A stretch of DNA of 64,000 nt, taken from NCBI RefSeq assembly GCF_009914755.1, contig NC_060938.1; one strand, written 5' to 3'. The notes under the pieces were generated by a model. It worked only from the letters and a program-made list of their open reading frames with translations, had not been told where the DNA came from and searched no databases. Position numbers and translations under genes: made by a program. Below are positions 14,432 to 27,186 of this stretch, in pieces. The DNA is from the human T2T-CHM13v2.0 reference genome, Homo sapiens. Numbering within the stretch: position 1 is the first letter of the stretch; every line of letters begins with the position of its first letter.

Positions 14432-15820
14432 GAGACCTTTCTCCAGGTGAAAGCAATCTTTCATTCCCTAGAACTGAGAGAGTCCTTTATTGTACCTATG
14501 TTTTGCGGTTCGTCACATTCTACCATATATTATAATTACTTATGCAGTTATCTACCTTCCCTACTAGAGTTTATGCTCTTTAGAAAATACACAATTTTCA
14601 CACTAGCATCTTTATAGGCAGTATTGAAATTTGTTTCATCTTATCTTTTCTAGTGACTGCCATGGTCTCTTGGCTCAAGGTAAACAGTGAAGTAAATAAT
14701 TGTTGAGTGAATGAAAACAGGAAGCGCAAAAAGAAGCCATATAGATATTACCATCTGAATCATTTTGTGTAGTTATGACTACAGGTTTAACTACTTAGGT
14801 AGCTAGGTAGGATGGTTTTGAGATACTGGATATATGGGCTACTTGGTTGCAGGACAAATATGAATGAATTAATTTTCCTTTCTCCAACCAAAAATGCAAA
14901 AAACATAAATAAAATTATTTATTTATGAAACAGGCTGGCTTGGGCAGAGACCAGAGACAGCACTTATGTAAGATAATTTCTTAAGGGGAATTCACTGAGT
15001 TAGATCAACGCAAACTGAAGTAATGTAAGAGTTTTTTTTTTTTTTTACTTGAAAAAATTTATGAAAATTGGTGATCAAATAAAGAAACTGTAAAATGAGA
15101 TTTGGTTAAAACATTAAAAGAAAAAAAATCCCACAAAGCCCTGTAACGTGTTTTGTCAAAGACAAAATCCAGCATTTTTTTTTTTAAAAGAGAAGCTGTG
15201 GAAAAAGAATCAGAAGTTAGTCATAAAAATAATTTTAAACTGCTAAAGTTAATCCATAGTGATACATTTAGAATATACTGAAAATTAAGAGATTAAAAAT
15301 ATCTCTTACATCCAAGAATACTGTTTTTAAAAGTGAATGTACTCCCCTAAACTACATTAAATATCTGTGTTGAAAGCAATCAGCTATGACATACCTACAA
15401 CCCTAAGTGGTAAATTTACTGATACCTGAAATAACCAAGAATGATGACATTCTTTGTACTATTAGAAACCCTTTTATATCTAAATGTATTAAATGAAAAG
15501 AAATAGCAAACCTCTTTGGAGCCTTTAGGACAATAAAGAAGGAAGAAAATGACCTTATGCTTTTCTTCAGGTTCCTTCTTTGTAGAAGTATACACAAATA
15601 TACTTTAGCACATTAAGTGGCTAGTCAATTTTCAGGTTTCAGAACCACTACCATTTAAGACTAGAAAATATGGGATGAAAATACACATAAAATAGTCTGT
15701 AATGGTAACACTGAAGCTGGGATCTCATAGAAGAACTGATCCAATTTTTCAATAAGCAGAAGAACTCTAAGTAGATCATTTTTATAGTATTCTGAATGCT
15801 ATTCCTGACATATACCATAC

Positions 15821-15904
15821 CGAGGGCATTATCTTTATTCTGCATTACATTTTCCGGAAAAAGAAGTTGTGGGAGATTAAAGAACGATTCTTGAAGTCTG
15901 AAAT
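15821..15904 (-). CDS. DDHD1: DDHD1 cassette exon, 84 nt (28 aa): (Y)FRLQESFFNLPQLLFPENVMQNKDNAL(V)
   Basis: Acceptor tttttttttcacag, donor TCG|gtatgg. Symmetric phase 1/1, so it can be skipped in frame. Matches my recollection of the 900 vs 872 aa isoforms. Confidence 0.88.
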
Positions 15905-18414
15905 CTGTGAAAAAAAAACACAAGATGCTGTAAAGGGTTGGCTGATGATTAAAAATGGCCTTCAATGATGTAGTGGCCAAAAGTTAGAACAATACTCCCA
16001 AATAAACTGACTAAATCTAGCATACATAAAGTAGTACACATCTTAATTTTTGTAAGGAGCTCTTTCATGGAAAATGTAAGCATAACTAACTTGAAATATA
16101 ATCTCATAATCTGTTAACACCCAGATAGTCCCCAAATTCATAGCTAATTTAGTTCCTAACCTAGATGCAAAACAATGCTAAAAGAAACAGATCTTTGCAT
16201 TATATGTTAGAAAAGAAGTCTAGACTTTTCAAAAGAAGAATAGCTAGGTAAGATGCTTCAACTGGATGAAAATAAAATAGGTTTCAATTGACAACACTAG
16301 TTCTTCACATAAAGAAACAGACAGATCATGAATTCTAAGCCTGTGCCCCATTTTACCCTCAAATAGCAAGTGAATCAAAGTCGGTAGCTTCAGAATAAAG
16401 GTTATCCAGAAGAACTGAGGCAATTAATGTAAGTAGAAGGAAGAAAGGAGGGAAGCCAGAATCACCTAATCACAATGACCAAATTTCAGAAAGAAGATTT
16501 AATGAAGAAAAGTTTTATGATTTGCACGATATAGCCAAGACAGCACTTAACGACGAGAAATTATGACGATTACACAGATTACATTATTGAAGCAAGCCAA
16601 ATAATTAGTAAAGCAAATCTTGGGAATAGGATTTAAAAGGCAGAATCTTATTATAATAGTCCAATTTTAATAGTTATATCTATATCTAGAGGTGAATATG
16701 TGTAATATGTATAATATATAAGTATGTGTAATATGTGAATATGTGTAAGACTCATAATTACCTCATATTGAGTCTTGTTGACTATTTTACCATTCGGACT
16801 ATCAAAGAATTTATGTGTAAGAATGACATAGTATGTATTTTGTTAAGCTCTCAAAATAAAAAGATGCAATACAGCTATGCACCTCTACTAACTGCTGTTC
16901 TGGAAGAAAAAACTGGGGGTTTCTCTATTATTTTGAAATTACTATGTTAAACAGAAAAAAAAAACCTAAAAAAGTTTTATTCCCTCAGAGCCTGTAGATT
17001 CTATACATACGTTTTCATTACCCTTTTTCTAGGGGGTTAAACCCTACCCTGCTCTTCTTGCTCCCTCCCTCACTCTGATGTTTACTAGCACTACTGTTGC
17101 ACATTAATGACATTACAGAGAACCATGACTTTTTACCTGCTACCTTACAAAATTCTTTGAAATTAATTTTCTTCAGCAGTTAGAGTTTTCTTGACATCTG
17201 CATGTCACGACAGAATTTTGTATTTTCACAATCACATTTTTGATATTAAGTAGAAAAGGAAACAAGTCAGAAATAGTATGAGAACTCTTATAGAAGGTAA
17301 AATATATTTAATGCAAATATCAAAGTCTAAAAAAGAATTTTCCAGACTTGCAATTATAAAATTTTCAGTGTCCAGAGTCTGGCACAGATATAATTAAATT
17401 AAAAATGCTGTTGGCCCAAGTAGGAATGTTCAACCCTATTAATAATTCATCCTGGAGTGGAGTTGACTGTGGAAGAATTATTCAGCCTCTAGGAGTGTCA
17501 CACCTGAACTTTCTAAGGATGGATGGCAATGAATGCCATCATTTTACAATTTAGAGTAGCAGACACAGTAAGAACACAATACTCTAAGTAACAAATAAAA
17601 TCTGTTTAAAAATTTCTAGAGAAAGAAAAGTTTTCTCCCTGCTATAGTTACAGAAAAGGAGTAGCTAGTTTCAGAATTTATATTTCATTATAGGTGTCAA
17701 TGAAAAAATAGGACTTGACGTTTTAGTTTTATTTTACTAGACACCTAAAAATAATGTTCAAGTTCAGACTCTTGGAAGTAAATATATACTAAGTGTATTC
17801 GTGTTTCACAACTACTCAACATTTCAAACTTTCTAAGTCCACCGGAGAAAGCTTAAAGATCCATATAATGCTAAGTCCAACATAACTATCCATTTATTTA
17901 CTCATTTTTTCAATATCTGCTTTACACTAGGTAGCTGGGATAGAATTGGAAGCCATTCAGCAGATCCAATAAAATTTCTAAGTTTTGAATAGAAGTAGGA
18001 TGACTTTGGTATAGCAGTTTTTAAAGTCTCAAGACCAGATACAGCATAGATCTAAAGCAATAATTACACGATTTTTGAGACTGAGAAGATCACATTAGTA
18101 AAAATCTACTTTATAAACTTCAGGGGGTACTTACCCTAAAGAGATTTGTTTTATGCTTGATGGTTAAGACCTTGTGCCACAAGGCCCTAATTACTAATAT
18201 TCTATTAATTCATCAATGCAGAAAGTAAAACTGCATTTTCCTGGAAATTATTCTTAAAAATATAAGCAGAAGGAAAGCATTTTTTTCTTTCAAAGTTAAG
18301 GCACACTTTAGATCTTAGAGTTGACTAGCTAGTATTAATATTTTATACCTCCCTGCCCTCCCCAAGTTTTAAAAAGATACAGTATCAACTTAAGGAAATA
18401 ATGTATGAACTAAC

Positions 18415-18606
18415 ATGCAGAATCGAGGAAGCCAGAACTGCTATGTGGAAGGGTCTGTGTCCCTACGGTGGTAGCAGAAGGTGAGGCAACTGGCTTCTTC
18501 TCATCTTCCATTGAGTCTTTTGATGTTTCAGATGACTGTGTTGTAGATGAACGTCCAAATCTTGAGAACAACATTCCTCCAAGTCCCTTTCCAATGCTAG
18601 CAGCCC
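18415..18606 (-). CDS. DDHD1: DDHD1 coding exon, 192 nt: (G)AASIGKGLGGMLFSRFGRSSTTQSSETSKDSMEDEKKPVASPSATTVGTQTLPHSSSGFLDSA
   Basis: Open frame in phase 1/1. Acceptor aaatacag, donor GCAT|gttagt. Confidence 0.93.
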
Positions 18607-19062
18607 CTGTATTTCACAAAGCAGGGTAGTCATTCTGTTGAATCACACCACACTCTAAGCTAAAGAGCACCACCCATAATTATAGCCAACTGGCAGAGGG
18701 ACCAAACCCTAGTCATGTTTTTCCAGGGTGGGAACATAAGAAAATTATAATTTATATTGCAGGTTTCTAAATAAAAATGGTGAATAGAATGAGAGTTGTA
18801 TAAGCTCTAGGAATATAACACAGGAATATATAAACAAAGGAATAAAGATTCTATTTTATTCAAGTGATCATGGTTTATTAAAATATTTGGCAAGATTAAA
18901 GTCTTTGATAAAAGAACCATGCCATTGACATGAGTATAGATTTACTATTGATATACTTACTACTGAATTTAAATGGACATGTAAGAAAAAGCCATCAATA
19001 AACAATGTATTAACATGAGAAAGTAAAACAGCCAATGAGTCCAGGAGATAAAGCCTATTTAT

Positions 19063-19078
19063 AGTGCCACCTTGTGGT
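19063..19078 (-). promoter_or_regulatory. Candidate CTCF motif
   Basis: Minus strand accacaaggtggcact versus core CCASYAGRKGGCRS (one mismatch). Confidence 0.4.
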
Positions 19079-19637
19079 ATTTTACATTAAGGCAACTTGT
19101 AACCAAAGGCAATGGACAGATTCAAATACCACATAATCGAGTTCCAGTGATACAGCAAACATTGTGCCAGTACTGGAGATCATTCAAAGAAAAATTAAAC
19201 ATCCTTGTTGCCCTCAGGAATCACACAGTTTGAGAGACTTTTAGAATAGATCAGAGAACTGGTTGACAGGGAGCACCCTCTGACACAAGTGCTTTCTCAT
19301 TTCACAGATGAGCAAGTAGAGCATTAAAAACTATATTATTTACTCAAGATCTCACAGCAAGTGGTAGGACCAAGATTAAAATGAGGGACTTGATTCTCAT
19401 AACAGCTTTTTCTGGTCCATCCAGCTATCTTATATTCTAAAACTATAAGATCTGATCTAATCAGAGAACTTTAGAGCTTTTTGGGCCTCAAATATGAACA
19501 TTGGGAGGGTAGTTAATTCTAGACACAGGGATTAACTGCTGGGAGTTTCCTAATACATAGAATACTTCTAGTCCCCCAAACTTAATGTCTAGGAAAGTGC
19601 TTATATGCATAGATAAGGAATACATAAGAGAAATTAC

Positions 19638-19890
19638 CTAATATGCTTGCTTTGCCTATATTTGTTATAGATTCTCCATAGTGTCGGCGGGACAAAACTG
19701 GTGAGGTCACAGGGCTTGGTATGGTTGAAATGCCTTCATTCTCTGAAACTGAGGTAGGTTCTTTAGCTGGGTTGAGAAAGCTTGGCTTCATATGTTCATA
19801 AGGTAAAGGATTTGAAGTATTGTACCAGTGGATCTGGACAGGTGAAATGTTGCTGTAGTGTTTCAGTATTAATGGTTCTAATCTATAAGC
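19638..19890 (-). CDS. DDHD1: DDHD1 coding exon, 253 nt: AYRLEPLILKHY...SPVTSPVLSRRHYGESITNIGKASIL(G)
   Basis: AYRLEPL DDHD motif. Overlaps ORF 19582..19791. Acceptor aaatcaag, donor TAG|gtaatt. Confidence 0.95.
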
Positions 19891-20434
19891 CTTGATTTAA
19901 AAAAAAAAATTCAAAGAAACACAGTGTTAAATCACAATGCTTGGATTTTAGTAAACTGTTCTTACTCTACTGCATGTTAAGTAAACCTCCGAGAAGGAAT
20001 TTAATTAAAAAACAATAGCTATTTCAAACATGTATTTCTATTTGTTCACTGTTAATATGCACTTGGTCTAATGATGAGATTATGAAAAACAGTCTAGGCT
20101 AATAGTGTCTATCAATTAGTTTTTCAGAGAAATATTTTTATTATGTTCTGATATGTAACAATTAGATTTATTTTAGTCTTAGGAGCAAAGTTGAAGTAGT
20201 AGATGGTAATCCTGGGCAACAGCAAATAAGGCCAATTTTTAATATTTTAGGAGCTCTATTTAAGCTCTGTTTTAAAATAGATTGATACAGTAACAGCATA
20301 AATCAGATGCCAGCATAAGAGCATCTGTCTGATGTGAAGTAGCAATGAGACAGCAGAAAAGGCAATGGATACGGCATCAGAATCCCCCAAATTCATATTC
20401 TGGTTTCTATCACTTATTTTTTAATTTACATTTT

Positions 20435-20572
20435 TAGAAAATTTTATTTTTTAAGATGGAGATGGGGTCTCGCCTTGGTGCCCAGGCTGGTCTCAAACTC
20501 CTGGGCTCAGGCAATCCTCCCACCTCAGCCTCCCAAAGGGTTGGGATAATAGAGAGCCACTGCGCCCAGCCT
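20435..20572 (-). mobile_element. FLAM/Alu monomer inserted in a MIR relic
   Basis: Single Alu left arm. TSD-like tct(a/g)tcacttatt on both sides. MIR-like flanks at about 20340-20710. Confidence 0.8.
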
Positions 20573-21753
20573 CTGTCACTTATTAATTGCATGATGCTTG
20601 TTAAGTCACTAGGTCTCGGAGCCCTGAGTTTCCTGAGCTGTAGAAAGGAGGTAACACTTCCTCTCTTACAGAGATGTGAGAAAGAACAGATAACATTTGT
20701 AAAAACTGCCTTGCACCGTTCTGACGTAAACTATTTAACAAAGTATTAATTTTTTTAAAAATCACAGAAAAACTATAAAATGAATAATAAAAATTTAAGA
20801 GTTTGGAATCCTCCTTTAAAGTTACAACAAAGTTTAAGTTATACAAAGGACAGGGCTCAGAGCAGACCTATGAACTGAAATTCACTTTCAAGTTACGAGA
20901 CAATGAATAAAATGAGTATATGTTAATGAAATGCTTATTGTCTAGCTGGGTGTATATATATTTTACTTAATCCTAACAATCCTAGAAGGCAAAATATTAT
21001 CATCTACATCATACAGATAAGATACAATCTCAGAAATAACTTGGCCAGGATTGTGCAGTTTGTATTTGAATCTTATATTAAACTTCCAGTTCAGTGAAGT
21101 TAATATGGCAGTTGTAAGTCTTTAACATATGAGAGATTTTCTAAAATTCGAATGGTTAGTCAATGTTATATTTATTTGGTACTAGCTAAAAGGATCCTTT
21201 AAAAGACTTTCCACAATTATATGAAGCTATTTTTTCAGAGAATAAATGCTATTTAAAATAGTTTAATATTTAGTTAAACCAGCCTTGTCCCAAAGAAGTA
21301 TTAAGGGGGCATTTTTCTTGTCTGAAAATCTTACTTGGCATTACACTGTTTAACAGGATGCAAGGTTCTTGGAGTGCTTCCATTAAAAAAAATATTTACA
21401 GCATAAACATAATAGAGAATAGAAAAATCCAACATCTTACAATTCTATTAGGCTATAATAAAGTTTTATTTTGATGTTCAGTATTTGAATATTTTCATTT
21501 TTCAGAGAGTCTACAAAATACATTCCAATATTGTAGCATACTTTAGATTAAAAAAGTATTTAGAGCAGGATTTTTAAGATTTATGGTTTCTAGGTTACTG
21601 GTATTACAATTGGTTAAGGTTTGAAAGTCCAGTAGACTCCTGTCTCTTGTACTAACTGTCTGGGAATAATATTTTTACATTACACTCTTGTATTACAGGT
21701 GCAACATAACCAGACCATCTCTAAGGTACTTTATCTCATGAGCCCTAAATTAA

Positions 21754-22391
<638 letters not shown>

Positions 22392-22454
22392 TGATAGATT
22401 CTTTTTAGGAACAATTTGACATTGAGAAAAAAAAGAGTCTATATTGCAACTCAC

Positions 22455-22604
22455 CACTGGATCTGTAGGATGAAAAATATTTAGTAACCGGTTACAAATC
22501 TCTCTAGGCAAAATATGGTCTTGACTTCCAGTATTTCCTGGGCGGATGCCACGCAACGCCAAGAAAACTGCTAATGGGGATCCCATACAGAAGAAATTCT
22601 CAAC
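22455..22604 (-). CDS. DDHD1: DDHD1 coding exon, 150 nt: VENFFCMGSPLAVFLALRGIRPGNTGSQDHILPREICNRLLNIFHPTDPV (start of DDHD domain)
   Basis: Overlaps ORF 22365..22586. GSP and NIFHPxDP motifs. Acceptor cattttag, donor GTG|gtgagt. Confidence 0.96.
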
Positions 22605-23211
22605 CTAAAATGATAAAGTCATCTTAAAGTTTAAAAATGGTGAAGTGTTATTTTTCAACAAAATTTGGGCATAACGTAATATATGGCAAAATACAAATAA
22701 TAAAATATCTTTGAGTATATTCGTTTTTAATAAGAGTTATCCAGATGGGCTCTGCCAACCATTAACCATTCTAGAATAATCTATTTCCATGAGATACTTC
22801 ATTATCTTTAAATCTAATACAAGTTGAATAAAAGGAAGATAAGGATCATTTTCTTATATATTTGTATACACAAATCAAATATTTATTGAGGTACTACTTT
22901 GTGTGAAGTAATACACTCGGTGCTGTGATAGATATAAAGACCAGTAAGACACAGCTTCTGCACTCAAAATTTACAGTCCTGTGGGGAAAGCAGAATAAAA
23001 TACGTGCATAACAGAGGGAAATAATGCTTTAAGAGAGTGAAAAAAATAATTCCAACTTTGAAGGCTTTACAGAGGAGGTAGCATATGCATTGGCCAGTAA
23101 AAGACGAGAAAGGTTTCTACAGCTGGGGTTGGATATTGGTGCTGGAAAGAATAACATTCCAGGCTGATAGAACCAAATGAACTAAAGCCAAGGTGGGAAA
23201 TAACTTGGTTT

Positions 23212-23522
23212 ATTTTATTTCATTTATTTATTTATTTTTTGAGACCGAGTCTCGCTCTGTCACCCAGGCTGGAGTGCAGTAGTGCGATCTCAGCTCACTG
23301 CAAGCTCCGCCTCCTGGGTTCACGCTATTCTCCTGCCTCAGCCTCCTGAGTAGCTGGAACTACAGGCGCCCGCCACCACGCCCAGCTAATTTTTTTGTAT
23401 TTTTAGTAGAGATGGGCTTTTACTGTGTTAGTCAGGATAGTCTCGATCTCCTGACCTCGTGATCCGCCCACCTTAGCCTCCCAAAGTGCTGGGATTACAG
23501 GTGTGAGCCACCGTGCCCAGCC
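23212..23522 (-). mobile_element. AluY SINE with TSD ataac(t/c)tggtttatttt
   Basis: AluY-type features (caagctccgcc, tctcgatctcctgacctcgtga). (TTTA)n tail. Confidence 0.92.
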
Positions 23523-23561
23523 ATAACCTGGTTTATTTTTGAGAATAAAAATAGTCTGATA

Positions 23562-23909
<348 letters not shown>

Positions 23910-25105
23910 TCACTCCAAAGACCATACTCTTACGGCTTTTAAAAATATGTTATAACTTACCATATTGTTTTACAATGTATGGTATATATTTTTTTTAAAA
24001 AAACACTTTGTAAGTAATGGAGATAGATTCAATTTAAAAACTCTTAACGTTTTAAAGAAATTTCTGCATCATTCCACATCTTAACCTGTGTGTTAAGTTC
24101 TTGTGAGAAAAGAAACACATTTCAAGAAGAGGTAATACAGTATACTAGACATGAGCAAATACTCAACAGGAAATGAGTATTAGGAAACTTATGACATTTC
24201 CCATTTAACACTGCAAGCAAGTTATTTGTTATTCAGCTATAGGGTATGTCCTTTCCAATAGTCTAGTCAATGCTGACACCTCTGCCACATTTTCCTAAAT
24301 CACTGCTTTCAACAGGTCATTCTAATACTTAAAAACCCTGCAAAGCTTCCCAATGCCTATATCAATGTAAGTTCCTTATTTCTAGCTATTCCTGCTCTCT
24401 CACTGCCTCCTTGTCCTGACTTCTGTATATTATAGCTAAACTAAGTTTGCTCACACAGCTCCAAGCTAACCTGTGCACCTCTGTCTTGTGCTTTTGTCAT
24501 ATATTGTTCATCCATTGAAATGTCAGCTTTCCATCCCTGGAATCATTACTCATATACTTCCTCTGATTTTTTTCTCACCACTGACCAACTAGGTGGTCAT
24601 TAAGATTTCTTAATTCTAAATAGTAAATATTTCTCATCTGTCTCTATTTTTCTTTACCACTATTCTAGATTAGCTGATGTTTCTTGAGGTATATGAAGTT
24701 ACAGCCCTCTATGCCTTTGTTTATGCCATTCCTCTTAAACAGAATAGCATCTCTCCTTTCTTTCACTTGGCAATATCTAATTTACTGAGACCAAGTACAA
24801 ATATCACTCCTTTGTAAACTTTTGCAGGCAAAATTAGAACCTCCCTCTCCTGTACATATATTGTTCTGTATACTGATAATAGCATCAATAATACTGTGCC
24901 ATATAACCTGAGGACTGGGGAACTGACTTGTCTATTCTTTTCTTTGTACAACCAGAAATGGCAGTGTCCAACATATAGTATATGTTGAATAAATATTTAT
25001 TTTGAAAGAACAATAAACTTTCATTTGAATCCTAAAGGCATATTTCACATGACGTTAAAAAAAATACTGAGATCAATGTTGAAGAACACATTGCTCTTTC
25101 CTTAC

Positions 25106-25181
25106 CTTAAATTTTAAGGCAGGTGTTTGTGTCATAGATGATGCTTTCAATCCGTGAAGCCGTTCTTCTATTTCCTTCAGC
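25106..25181 (-). CDS. DDHD1: DDHD1 coding exon, 76 nt: LKEIEERLHGLKASSMTQTPALKFK
   Basis: Acceptor cccttcttag, donor AAG|gtaagg. Phase 2 in, phase 0 out. Confidence 0.94.
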
Positions 25182-25731
25182 CTAAGAAGGGGTATGAGAT
25201 TATATACACACACGTATTTATAATTTCATAAATATTAGATGCTTGCTAGCTTACTAAAGTATAAAGACGCAGATGATGGCCCACTATCCCTCACATTAAT
25301 CCTGGTTGACAGTATTTAATAAATGTCTCTGCCACAGTACAGAAAGTATATAAAAATTTATGAAATAATTAGTAAAGTACCGCTAGTTGTCATGATACCT
25401 GCTGTTAACAGCTTTTTTGTAGTAAAATGTGAGTCATATACAAGCACATATACATCTTTTAAAAAATTATACCAAATGGTTAATACCATATATACTGTTC
25501 TCTCTTTTCTATACTTAAGAGTTTAGAGATCTTTTCATTTCATTGCCTCCTGACCTACTTCAATTTTTTTTTTGTAACAACTATGACTGTCCAAAATACA
25601 GGTGAACCATATAGTCTAACCCTTCTGTTGATGAACATCATTTTCAATTACAATGTTTCATAGCTACTTACATTTAGTAAACTATGGAATTAAGTTATTA
25701 TTATCATTATTATTTTTTAAAAGCTATAGTT

Positions 25732-26039
25732 GGCCAGGCGCAGTAGCTTATGTCTGGAATCCCAGCACTTTGGGAGGCTCAGGTGGGTGGATCACTTAAG
25801 GTCAGGAGTTCAAGACCAGCCTGGCCAACATGGTGAAATCTCATCTCTACTAAAAATACAAAAATGAGCCGGGCGTGGTAGCAGTTGCCTGTAATCCCAG
25901 CTACTGGGGAGACAGGGGCAGGAGAATCACTTGAACCTGGAAGACAAGAGGTTGTAGTGAGCTGAGACCGTGCCACTGCACTCCAGCCTGGGCAACAGAG
26001 CAAGACTCCGTCTCCAAAAAAAAAAAAAAAAAAAAAAAA
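25732..26039 (+). mobile_element. AluS SINE
   Basis: Full Alu with A tail. Confidence 0.93.
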
Positions 26040-26923
26040 TTTGTTATTTTCCATGCTTTTTTTTTCTTTTTTTAAAGTTTTACTGGATTTATACATCTAA
26101 AATGCTGCTCCGAGTATTGCCAAACATGACATTTTATTTCAAACCTGTCAATTATTTTGACACTATAATATTTGTGTGTCTAGCCTATGGTACTTAATAA
26201 GATTCTAAATGAAATCCTTAGTTAACATCTGTAAGACAAAAACAAAACTAGTAAAAATTTTAGTCAATTAGCACATTTGTTTTAATATGCTAGTAAATTA
26301 TCAAAATGAGTGATTTTTCATTTTTATATTAGAATTAATCATATAAAGAGAACAAAGAAGATAAGGCATGTAACTAGAGATGAAGATAGGAATGCAGCAA
26401 AGAATTAAAAGATAGTATCAGGAGGGCCACAAATGATTAAATAATAAAATCTTATAATTATATAACACATATAATTATGTTTATACATATAACATGTAAA
26501 AAAATATATTTGCTTAAAAAAAGCACTTAAAAATTATTTTCAGAATAATAAGAAAGGTAGAAACCCACCTCAAAAGGTCAGTAAAACTACAAAGGATTAT
26601 AAACTGGTAAACATTTTCAATAAGGATTCTATGCAGTGACTAAGCTTGGAATAAGTTTTAAATTTCACTCCTAACAAACTGTGAAGAAACGATGAAAGGA
26701 AAACAAGGAGAATAACAAAAGAATTTATTTTATGCTACAGGAAAATGCATGTAATTAGCATGAAAATCAACAGTCTCCAGCTTGATTAGGCATGCTATAT
26801 AGTAATCTTTGTATCTTGAACAATGCATTATTTCTTTATCATGAAATTCTTAGTTTTCTCGTAAGAGGTCCAGTAATTCCATAAAGACATTTAAAAATTT
26901 TTCAAAAGATGAGGATATTTTAC

Positions 26924-27186
26924 CGTCGTTTAGTTATATAGAGTTCATCAAGAAGATGTCGTTCTTCATAGCTCATCCATCGTTCATCAGGCAACTCTTC
27001 TTCCTTTTGCAGCAACTGTTCATACAGCCGAACTGGATTCCAGCCAGTCATTATGTCATAAGTAATTACACATCCCAAGGAATGTGATACTATTGAGACT
27101 TTACCCCCTTTTTCTTCAAAGTCTGGATTCCGAGAACAGAAAAGGGAATACAATCGATTCAGCTCTTGCTGAAGGCCTTTAACTAG
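26924..27186 (-). CDS. DDHD1: DDHD1 coding exon, 263 nt, with the catalytic lipase serine motif SHSLG
   Basis: Inside ORF 26920..27213 (LVKGLQQELNRLY...VSIVSHSLGCVITYDIM...YITKRR). Acceptor caaacag, donor CG|gtaaaa. Confidence 0.97.
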
